Below are positions 1 to 10,368 of a DNA stretch of 64,000 nucleotides, piece after piece. The position numbers and the translations under genes were made by a program. The stretch comes from Pristiophorus japonicus (Eukaryota), in contig NC_091980.1 of NCBI RefSeq assembly GCF_044704955.1, positions 25,420,001 through 25,484,000 on the forward strand, in the 5' to 3' direction. The stretch's first letter is position 1. Every line of letters begins with the position of its first letter. The notes under the pieces are model-generated. The model was not told the origin of the DNA, ran no database searches, and saw only the letters and a program-made list of their open reading frames with translations.

Positions 1-1003
1 CAACTATTTACAATATACATTAATGATTTAGACGAAGGAATTGAATGTAATATCTCCAAGTTTGCAGATAACACTAAGCTGGGTGGCGGTGTGAGCCATG
101 AAGAAGATGCTAAGAGGCTGCAGGGTGACTTGGACAGATTAGGTGAGTGGGCAAATGCATGGCAGATGCAGTATAATGTACATAAATGTGAGGTTATACA
201 CTTTTGGTGGCAAAACAGGAAGGCAGAATATTATCTGAATGGTGACAGATTAGGAAAAGGGAAGATGCAACGAGATCTGGGTGTCATGGTACATCAGTCA
301 TTGAAAGTTGGCATGAAGGTACAGCAGGCAGTGAAGGAGGCAAATGGCATGTTGGCCTTCATAGCAAGAGGATTTGAGTATAGGTGCAGGGAGGTCTTAC
401 TGCAGTTGTACAGGGCCTTGGTGAGGCCACACCTTGAATATTGTGTGCAGTTTTGGTCTCCTAATCTGAGGAACGACATTCTTGCTATTGGCGGACTGCA
501 GCGAAGGTTCACCAGACTGATTCCCGGGATGGCAGGACTGACATATGAGAAGAGACTGGATCGACTGAGCTGATATTCACTGGAATTTAGAAGAATGAGC
601 GGGGATCTCATAGAAACATATAACATTCTGACAGGATTGGATAGGTTAGATGCAGGCAGAATGTTCCCGATGTTGGGGAAGTCGAGAACCAGGGGTCACA
701 GTCTAAGGATAAGGGGTAAGCCATTTATTACCGAGATGAGGAGAAACATATTCACTCAGAGAATTGTGAACCTGTGGAATTCTCTACCACAGCAATTTGT
801 TGACGCCAGTTCATTCGATACATTCAAAAGGGAATTCGATGTGACCCTTACGGCTAAAGGGATCAAGGGGTATGGAGAGAAAGCAGGAATGGGGTACTGA
901 AGTTGCATGATCTGCCATGATCATGTTGAATGGTGGTGCAGGCTCGAAGGGCCGAATAGCCTACTCCTGCACCTATTTTCTTTGTTTTTAAATTTCTATG
1001 TTT
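1..1003 (+). mobile_element. CR1-type LINE 3' end (RT C-terminus and 3' tail), degenerate
   Basis: ORFs 91-573 and 595-900 carry CR1 ORF2 motifs (WQMQYNVHKC, LVRPHLEYCVQFWSP, RTRGHSL, FTQRIVNLWNSLP). The 3' UTR has gggccgaatagcctactcctg and a ttctatgttt tail. An in-frame stop lies near 571. Confidence 0.9.
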
Positions 1004-1004
1004 G

Positions 1005-1580
1005 TAGGAACAAGCACATTTTTCAGGGTTTCATACAACTCAGGGCCTGATTAAGTCAGGAAAATAGCCCGTTTTCTTTCTAACTCCACCCGGTTACGGT
1101 TTTCATCATCGGGAATTTTGATGATACTATTCATGGTTAAAAAACATTTCTAGCCACTCAAAATATGCTCCTGAAGTCTCTTGGTCACGATGGAACTCAC
1201 TCAAGCACCCTATTATTCCCATAGGCGCGGCCATCTGGACTCTGCCAATGTCAACAGTGCGCTTGAAATGTACCTTGGATTTTTAGCTGTGCTGCAAAAC
1301 AAAGAACATCTCAAAGTCTCTTTGTTGGTTGGCTGGAACATCCAGCAACAAAAATTTCAGGTAGGGAATCCAGAAATCCCATCCTACATCGCAAATGTGA
1401 TATCTTCTATTTGACATCACAAATACACACATACACAAGATGGCTCTACAGAAACTTGTCAGGTGACCTTGTCACATGATGCTTTGATTGTATTTACATG
1501 TGTAGTTGCATTACTACAGTAGTCCACTAGGTGGAGCAGTAGTCCACTAGGTGGAGCTCTATTATGTGATAGTGTAAACA
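1005..1580 (-). mobile_element. Gypsy LTR retrotransposon 5' fragment (LTR ~1396-1580, degenerate PBS, gag N-terminus), truncated at the CR1 tail
   Basis: The minus-strand LTR ends GAAGATATCACA, like the LTR at 47621-47792. It is followed by a degenerate TGGCGACGAGGATGG-type PBS and ATG GCC GCG CCT ATG GGA ATA ATA GGG (MAAPMGIIG...ERKRAIFLT*SGPELYETLKNVLVP), a Gypsy gag start. The outer LTR end is uncertain. Confidence 0.7.
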
Positions 1581-2533
1581 GCTGGTAGTGAATTGGAAGT
1601 ACATTTTACCTCTCACAAAGATGACTTACGATTGCACAGTCAAAGTTACCCATCCACATTCTCTCCCACACTAAAACCTCATACTTTGTCTACACAAACA
1701 CTGAAAACCTATCTCTTTGACCAAGCTTTCAGTCACCTCTCTTTTTCACTAATACTGACGTTAACTTCATTCTTCCTCAGTGAGGCATTGTTGTATTTCT
1801 TTCTTCAAGATGCTGTTATTGAAAGCATTTTCTGTTTTATTTTATGTCCGGTATCATTTATGAAAAAACATTCTGCAATTCAGATTTTCTACCTTCCGAT
1901 GTTGAACTGCTTCACTTACTTTGACAATTCTAGACAAGTAAAACAAATATTGGCTGCAGCCTTGTCCCTCTCCCCCACTTGCCTCTCGACAGCTGGTGAA
2001 GTGGTTCCCCACTCAGTTACCTGTACAGAACCAGGCCACATTATAACCACCCACCCTCCCTCCAATCCCTATCTATTGATATCAGATGCTGACAATCACA
2101 GAGCAACATAACTGCCGGTACAATTCTTGTACTGCTAATGATGTTCAACCAAAGTCACTCAGTATTGTCCCCAATGTGTGAGTATTGGGAGAGCACTGAG
2201 TAGATATCAGGGCTGGACTTTAATGCTGTGCCCTTGCAGTGAGTAAAGTGAACCATATTTAGAAAATAATTGTCTCGTGTTTTGGTCACTGATGAGCTGT
2301 GTGAGAATGTTTATGTCCACCTTTAGCTATTTATTGTCCGATCCATCAACACCCTGGTTGTTGATATTTGCCCACTGTATTGCAATGTTATATTTACACC
2401 AATGTTCCAAAGAGAAAATAAGGTCCCAGTCTGTAGTAAAAGCATATGCTGTCTCTGTGCTCCCTGTAACAGTGTGCAACAGTGCTATTTCAGTAACTAT
2501 TTAATATCTACTGTAAGGTAGTTCTGGACTTAC

Positions 2534-2625
2534 CCTGATCCACATCAATAGTTTTGATGCTATTTTAATAACAGAGTATTTTTTCTACACTTCACACAAA
2601 TACAAATTCTTATCTTCTGTTCCAA
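2534..2625 (-). pseudogene. Broken 3' half of a paralogous Ig C2-type exon
   Basis: The minus strand reads GTEDKNLYLCEV*, homologous to EDQELYACEVQ of exon 3044-3313. It then frameshifts to TIDVDQ with a CAGG|GTAAGT donor. The adjacent intron (ttaatatctactgt) matches that of exon 3044-3313. Confidence 0.7.
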
Positions 2626-3043
2626 AGTGCCACTCTCAGCTTTTCCTCTCTTCCTCCCCCAAAGCCCCACTCCCAGCCTGTCATTTCCCTCTGCCCACCA
2701 TCTCTCCTCTACATTCCCATCATTTCCATCCTTCCCTCTCCCGTTCATGGCCATTGATTCCCTGCCCTTCCCTCTTCCCTTAGTCCTACTCCCAGCTCAA
2801 TGCTTATTTGAAGCCGAGAGTATGCAGCAGCTGGAATCATTTCCAACAGCCGCAGAACTGGGTTAGAAGTGGCATTGAGGGGAGAGAGGCCAGTTTTTTG
2901 TTCAATGCTGATATGTGCACCAGGCCCCCACATGCTGACTGTAAGCAGGAAGTGCTGATGGTTAACATGTATGACTCCACTTTATATGTAACAGTTTTAA
3001 ATTAGTAACTCTTTAATATCTACTGTGATGTAACTGTACTTAC

Positions 3044-3313
3044 ATTGTGACACAGAAAAAGCTGCTTTTCCTGTGCGCATAATGGACCCATTTTCCTGCA
3101 CTTCACACGCATACAACTCCTGATCCTCTACTGCAACATGTCTGACTATCAGATAGACTGTGTTATTTAGTCGGACCTGATCAGTGTTCCTCCTGTTCTG
3201 CTGAGATGAGTCTCTCTGTTTCCATTGAAGACTGACTGTATCTGAGAGTTTGGAGATAGTACAGCTGAGTGTAACATCACTGCCCACCACAGCTCTCTGT
3301 AGACTTCTCTCAA
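3044..3313 (-). CDS. Ig C2-type domain exon of a CD4/LAG-3-like multi-Ig protein
   Basis: 270 nt, phase 1/1, ttcacag acceptor and GTAAGT donor. Translation (V)ERSLQRAVVGSDVTLSC...SLQW...TVYLIV...EDQELYACEV has the canonical C-W-C core and is open. Confidence 0.85.
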
Positions 3314-3962
3314 CTGTGAAAAACAGATCAATAAGATTTAGTATAAGTCGTGACATGTACAATCCAATGATTAGGTTCTAACTGACAGTAGGATGTGACC
3401 ATCATCAGCATTTGCATCTTGCTGCATTAAAGAGCCAGGTCAGGTTACTAACAGTGCATTTTAATCAGTAAAATATTGGGCCCGAAATCTCTCGGTCCTG
3501 TTCCACCAATGTAAGTGAGGCAGCGTGGGGTCGGTCAACTTTACCCCTGACCCTGCTGGAGTATCTGGCATCAGGTCAAGGTTACGCAGTTTGGATGGCA
3601 TTTGGGGATGGTGATACCACAATGGACAGATAATGGAATCGCACCAGAGGAGGGTGTGATGGAAATGTCACGCCCATATTATCAGACATGGAGAAGGCTC
3701 CAGTTCAACTCTGTTCTCAATGTGCCTAGCACACTGCAGTAAGACCTCCAAACACATGCACTGGGAGCCTGTGCACAAAACCCACATCAAAAGTCATTAC
3801 AGCCCCAGACATTATTTAAATTAGTGTGCTCCCAGAAGGCTCTAATCATTGAGGCCCCATGAGAAATAGCACTTCAGGAGACACTTGTTCTAAAAATGTT
3901 CACCGTTACTTTCAGTCCTACATACAAAAAAATGCAAGTAATAATCAAATCATCAACATGGA

Positions 3963-4317
3963 CTTTATTTCCAATGCCAGGCCACAATAATGGCACCCAA
4001 CACACTGGTGTCTGACCCATGTGGCATTCCCCATGTATCACGCACTATGTACCATGAGTGCCCTAAAAATGTAATGAGTGGACTTTCTATTATGGTCAAC
4101 TCATTCTGGTGCAGTTTGGGCCAACTCTTCAGGAGCAATGGTCTAGGGCCAGTACAGTCACGCTCAAATTTTGGTCACTAAACATTTCAGAATTGGATGA
4201 TATTTTGTATCAAGTTCATCTGACAGTGACCTTGGCCTCATTTAGATGTGAAACATATCAACAATCCAGGCTGTGCAGCTGTTTAACAACATCCTTAGTT
4301 TTCAGAATCCAAAGACT
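3963..4317. repeat. ~350-bp diverged direct repeat, copy 1 (copy 2 at ~6086-6418)
   Basis: Colinear similarity, e.g. gacccatgtggcat...cacgcactatgtaccatgagtgccc...ctttctattatggtcaactcattctggtgcagtttgggccaac in both copies. Confidence 0.85.
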
Positions 4318-4318
4318 T

Positions 4319-6086
4319 GGCCGGAATTTTGCCTAGTTAGCGGGGTCTGATATGGGCAGTGTCCTTGGCGGGTCGCGACCCCGTGGCTGGTTCCATCCCA
4401 CTGTTGAAAATTAACTTACCTTCATGGGGCCTATTAAGCCCGCCCAACGCCTTACCCGACCCAATGAGAAGGAATGGGTCTGGTGACGTCAGTCATGATG
4501 CGTTTTCAGCCGGGATCTTTAATGGGGCCATGGCCACTACATTTGAAGTTTAATCTAACACAGTGCTGTCAGTAAACTACAGCAAACACTTTGACAATGA
4601 CTGCACAGAGGCAGAGGACTGCACCAAGGTTCTCCCATGACTCCCTCCATGTGCTTATAGAAGGAATCAGAACAAACAGTGGTGTTCTCTTCCCTTCTGA
4701 TGGGCAGTAGATGCCTCCCTAGGAGACCAACACAGCCTGGTTGCACATTGCAGAGGAGGTCACAAGCAGGGATGTAGTCTTGAGGACCTGCGTGTAGCAC
4801 AAATGTTTGAATGATCTCAGTAGATCACAAAATATTAGTACAAAGCCACACTCAACCACATCCCGGTGTGCATCTTATCACATCCCCATCACTCTGCCTT
4901 TCCTAACCTACTCCTGCATATCCTTACTCACACCAACTTAGCTTGCACCTCCATCCATCCTTCTCAATCTGCATTGTTACATCCTCATCTCACTAGCCTC
5001 ATCCGAGTACAATCATACCAACTAACAACACACAAGGCCAGGTACTTGGGTGTTTTATGCAATGTTTGTGTTAAGTTTCTGTTATTGTGCTGTCAAACAT
5101 TGAAACTTTTATTTTCAACATTTTGAGTTCCTGGCAGATTTGTGTGCATCTTTGTAAGTGATTTAGTGAGTTGCAGTGACCGGTGAGACACCCCATGGTA
5201 CCCACCACAACAGTGATGACTCTGAAAAGAATGGCTTTTGGCATTGGTTTGGGGTGGAGCAGAGCCAATCTGGCACATGATGTGGCAGCCAGGGTGCAAA
5301 GCTTCAAGTGAAGTAAATGTGGCCAAGGTGAAGCCATCCCTGGCCTCCCAGGCAGCAGTGTAGACGGTTGCTGATGCGCTGTGTCCTGTTCAGTATCAGT
5401 TGATTGCAAAGAATGTTGGTATTGTTGTTGGTTATGCTGATGTGCCTGGTGATGCTTGTGTGCCTGGTGATGCTGGTGTGCCTGGTGATGCTGGTGTGCC
5501 TGGTAATGCTGAGGTTGGGACCGATCGTGGTGGGATTCTGAGGACCAAGGTGAGAGAGTTTCAAGGGCACCCATGCTGATGGAATAGACGGCAGGTGAAG
5601 TAGAGATGACAGAAGCGATCTGTCAATGGTGGCAAAGGTAATGAGGTCATACTTGTGTAAAGATGTGAAGCATCCTGAATCTGTAGTGGAAATGCAGTTT
5701 AGAGAAGCTAGTGGTTCAGGGAACATTTTTCAATCAGCTGGGAGCTGTGACTTGACATTTGAAGCTGTCAATTCATCATCTGATTCAATGGCCACTGACC
5801 TTCCGCCTCAGCTTCACAGACGAGGTCTGGGTACAGCGGGAAACCAGTGGGCAACCTGTCAAACCCAAAAAGCTGGGAAAAAAACATTGATAAGTAGCTG
5901 TAAACAAGTCACTAATGATTTTAATTGCCTCGCCCACCGCTGCGTGTCGAGTCTGCACAGCACTGACAGACCCGGCATTTGATAAAGGCGGGCTCACAGC
6001 GGGGTCCTGAACCCCTGAGGGAGAAAACCATGTTCCCACCTGACCCATCACTGATCGTGCCTGCTGACCCCCGCAATATCCAGCCC
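4319..6086. mobile_element. Non-autonomous Harbinger/PIF deletion derivative
   Basis: Imperfect TIRs (ggccggaattttgc ... gcaatatccagccc). A degenerate Myb/SANT exon lies on + (APRFSHDSL...AWLHIAEEVTSR). It contains an internal 18-bp repeat gtgtgcctggtgatgctg and is colinear with the elements at 15726-17210 and 58838-63157. Confidence 0.7.
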
Positions 6087-6418
6087 TTTATTTCCAACGC
6101 AAGGCCCGACCCATGTGGCATGCCCCGTGTACCACGCACTATGTACCATGAGTGCCCCTAACACATGTAAATGAGTTGACTTTCTATTATGGTCAACTCA
6201 TTCTGGTGCAGTTTGGGCCAACACCTCAGGAACAATGGTCCAGGGCCAGTACAGTCACGATCATATTTTGGTTGCTACAATATTTCCGATTTGGATTATA
6301 AGTTGTCGCAAGTTCATTTGACAGTAACCTCACCTTCATTTAGAAGTAAAATACATCAACTAACCAGGAAGTGCAGCTACTTAGCAAGATATTTAGTTGG
6401 CAGAAACTAAAGATTTTG
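6086..6418. repeat. ~330-bp diverged direct repeat, copy 2
   Basis: Matches 3963-4317 throughout. Confidence 0.85.
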
Positions 6419-6464
6419 ATTTATTTATACTAAAGGATGTTAAATATTTTTGAGTTGACACATT

Positions 6465-7562
6465 GGCTGGAATTTTAATTTGGAGGTAGGTAGAGAGCGT
6501 GGGGGATGAATTTAGCGGCAGTGCCCGATTAACATTTTGAATCTCTATTCCCTGCCCGCAGCCAGCCGGAAGGAGAGGCTGTTGAATGTGTAAGCCTGCG
6601 GCTCCAGGCCGCGGAGAAGGAGGAGGGAGGGATCGGTGGGGGTATTGGCAGGCCGGAGTGGGGGTTGGAATTTTGAAGGGGGGCTCTGTGGCCTCGTGGA
6701 GGGGGTGTCGATGGCCTCAGGAGGGGAAGTTGGGAGGTAGATGGGAAGTGTTGGGGCAGTGTCCAATCGGGGGTGGTTGGTGAGGCAGAAACGCTGGATC
6801 CAGCAGGTGAGTGGAAAGGCACTTACTCCTGGATCCAGCATTTCTCGTCACTCTTTAGTTGGCGTGTTCCCCGAGGTCTGCGAAATCCCCCCACCCTGCT
6901 CACAATGGTGGATCACTGTGAGGCACCCAACCTCATTATCATATTTAAAGTGCCAACCCACCTCCTGCAAGCGAGTTTTTAAAAATGTATTAATTCAAGT
7001 GATGTTTACGTCGCCGCCAAGGTCGGCATTTATTGCCCATCCCTAATTGCCCTCAAGTAGGTGGTGGTGAGCCGACCTTCTTGAATACAACTGAGAGGCT
7101 TGCTCGGCCATTGCAGAGGGCAGTTATGAGTCAACCACATTGCTATCGGTCAGGAGTCACATATAGGCCAGACTGGGTAGGGATGGCAGATTTTCTTTTC
7201 TAAAGGACATTAGGTGAACCAGATGGGTTTTTACGACAATCCGGCAGTTTCACGGTCACCATTACTGATACTAGCTTTTTATTCCAGATTTATTTAATTA
7301 TTTTTAATTTTAAATTCCCCAGCTGCTGTTGGGGGATTTGAACTCTTGTCTCTGGATCATCAGTCCAGGTCTCTGGATTACTAGCCCAGTAATATAACCA
7401 TTATACCACTGTATCCAGTTGGCTGCCTGGCCCCCATCCCGCCTCCCTTAAAACCGGAAGTGAGCAGGTTGGAGGAGGATTGGGGTCGGAATTCAGAAAT
7501 TTAACTCTGTAACCTCCCACCCGAACCAAACCCACCTGTTTTATGGGGTTAAAATTCCGACC
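6465..7562. mobile_element. Harbinger-like MITE with a SINE nested inside
   Basis: Ends ggctggaatttta / taaaattccgacc form imperfect inverted repeats. The interior is GC-rich and non-coding. Confidence 0.5.
7015..7412 (-). mobile_element. tRNA-headed SINE
   Basis: The minus strand starts with a tRNA-like head: A box TGGTATAATGG and B box GAGTTCAAATCC. The body resembles a common shark repeat (recognised from memory). Confidence 0.55.
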
Positions 7563-8098
7563 AGCATATCTATATTTCTATGTTTCTCATTGCTTTCCTG
7601 GAGGTGTTAATTCCTTGGTTTATTTACACTAAAGATTACTAAAGATTAAAAGTTCCACAGACACTCTACATCCTCTGGGACATCCAGCAATTGACATATC
7701 GAACAGGTTCACTGGACAGCAATCAGGAGCAGTGATACTGGCCAATCATATACCTGTCCCACAGTGCTGAGGTCTATTACTACAAGTGACCTATTGGTGT
7801 AGTAACGGAATTCAGTACATCTTACAGAGAGTGCACCAGTGTACAGACCATAATACTCTCTGTGGGGTAGATTCCTCGTTTTGCTATTTCCAGTATAATT
7901 ATCAAAACATTTTTACTCTTGTTGACCTTTCAGGAGAAACAATGAACAAAATCTTTCCCCTGGTTGTTTTAATGAGAGCTGCTCTCTGCACTGGGTGATA
8001 TAAATCTCACGTGATCCTGGCAATCTCTCATCATTATATATGAAATTATTTACGGAGAATCATTTTATTGAATCTTTTCTAGATTTTGTCCCACTCAC

Positions 8099-8443
8099 CT
8101 TTGATCCCAAATAGTTCATACTGTTTCAGGATTTTATTACTCGGCTGTGTTTGAGACAAGATAAACGATCCCGCAAATTTAAATGTGGGATTTCTAATTC
8201 TCAGGTCAATGGTACCACGAGGATCCTGTTTCACGCTCTGGAACAAGTCTTTGTATGTAATGGGATCACTCCATTGTGCGGCCCACTGGCCCGAACTCCC
8301 TTTGTGAAAAGTAACCAGCCGCTGGATTGCTTGCCCTGAGTGTGGTTTCCATTCCCAGACAACAGGGCCATTCCCAGGATTGTCTGGTCCTTTTAATGGA
8401 ATGTCATCTCCCTTATCCAAAAAATAAATATGAGTTGTGTTTC
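8099..8443 (-). CDS. Cysteine-less Ig V-type domain exon (CD4 D3-like)
   Basis: 345 nt, phase 1/1, ctaacag acceptor and GTGAGT donor. Open frame NTTHIYFL...LKGPDNPGNGPVVWEW...IDLRIRNPTFKFAGSF...KQYELFGIK. It is a paralogue of the exon at 63628-63972 with identical length. Confidence 0.85.
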
Positions 8444-10368
8444 CTGTTAGAAAGAGGAACAATGTAAGCATCTTGATATCAAATCACAACTCCTTAATCC
8501 ATGTTTGTAATTACTTATACAGCTCATTTATTTAGTCCTATTTTGATATTCAACTGATCATGTTGCCTTCACTGCAGTCACTATTACAGAGAAAAACAGA
8601 GCAATTCCATTATATATTCAGAGTATGTATTATGAGAGTTATCAGAACATGCATCATTACTACAAAAAATAATCAATAAAGAAAGAGAGGACCTGGTTAA
8701 TTCCATGTTACAGTAGATAAAGCTCCAAATCTCCTTGCGACTCCTGGTCTTCAGGGGGCATTATCAAGGTGGACAGGAGCTCGCGGGAAAGAAATTGGGG
8801 CAGGATACAGTTATGTCGGGTCTCCACCCACATTTATCCTGTGACGGGGTTTTCCGAGGTGGGTGGAGATCAGGCGGTTCCTGCGCCCTCCTCCCACTTG
8901 TCTGAAAAGACACATGAGAGAAATAATCCGGCTCTTGGAACTGGACTTGCAGCCTCTTTCCACCAGGTGCTTTGCCTTATCAGTGAAGACAGTGACAAAT
9001 GCACTTTACATTAATGCATTTGGACACTTCCAGGTGGCTTCTGGTGACATTGATCACATCATTCAGCCAATAGTTAATTGCTACCATTCCCTGGACTGTA
9101 TTTTCACCTGTGAATGAACATGTGACTTCATTTTAAGTATAGCAGTGAACTAACACTCATTGGATAGTCAAGGATAACAGTAAAATCCTCATTGTAACCA
9201 TTATTATATCTACATTTTTATAAGGGAACTTACCTCAAGCATTAAATCCCCTGAATCTTTGACTAGATTAAATTGCAATTGACATCAGATTTACCAAAAA
9301 TAAAATCACTCCATGCAAAATGTACCCATAGAAAAGGGGGTAGAAATTCAAGGCGCTAACTGACGAGCGCAAAGGTTTCAGAACTTCTTCTAAATTGGGC
9401 TTTAGCACCGCCGAAAGGAAGGAGGTGGTAAATCAAGCACTAATGACCTCAGTAAAGTGCTACAGGGGCGCTAGCACCAGAGTGCTACCCAATGTCAGGT
9501 GACTCACGTCCAGCAATCATCCTTCAATCCTTCACACTGGCTCATTCCAGCTCTTAAAGAGGAGAATATATAAAGCTGCAGCCGCTCATTTTCTGCAGTG
9601 CGGCATTTGAAGGAGACCTTGCAGGAACTGATAGAAATATTTGATATGGCTGCTGCTAAACCAGCTGCAAGGGAGAGAGCACATCATTTTAATGCTGTGG
9701 CATTGGAGGCATTGGTGGGGGCAGTCGAGAGAAGGAGGGATGCACTCTTCCAGCAACTGGAAGGAGGCCATTGCCCCAGGTGTTCAGGGCTATGTGGACG
9801 GAAGTGGCAGAGGAGGTCTCGGCCTGCAATGTAGTTCAACAAACCCTCACACAGTGCCAGAAGAAATTCAACAGCCACAGTCGGGTGGGCAAAGTGAGTA
9901 CATGCTTCCACACCTCCTACATACCAGCCTCTGAACCTCTGTCTTTGCGCACTGCGCAAACTATCACTCACCACAACTCACCCACCAAACATGTACAGCT
10001 ACGCAAACTCATATCCTCATCTCATGCCTTGCCTACATTCACAGCTATTCAACAAAGGCAGGCATATCTCCCACATAGCTGGACTCTGACTCACACAAAT
10101 TCCTTTCTTTTGCAGACCAAGAAGGCACATAATAGTAGGGAGCAACAGAGGACAGGCGGGGGGTGAACTTCACCTCCAGCAGCTGTCCAACCTGTTGGAG
10201 CTCATTGGCCTGCAGGTGGTGGGCGCCGTGGCCGTTGGCAACATCGACACCGCTGGGGGCAACAACGGTATCATCATCCCCTCTCCTTTTCTCATCCCAC
10301 ATCCCCCTCACATCAAAAGGCTTGATCACTTTCCAGCTCCTTATACTTGTGTTCATACTCTATTTATT

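Noticed and set aside
1593-2111. 172-aa + strand ORF
   Set aside because: It includes an L2 tail fragment (LKTYLFDQAF) and AT-rich intronic sequence, with no domain signal.
2021-2290. Possible TM or Ig exon ending at a CAG|GTAACT donor
   Set aside because: All three minus frames contain stops, and there is no clear acceptor or continuous hydrophobic helix.
5071-5726. His/Gln-rich and (SITRHT)n ORFs
   Set aside because: Translations of the 18-bp repeat inside a non-autonomous Harbinger.
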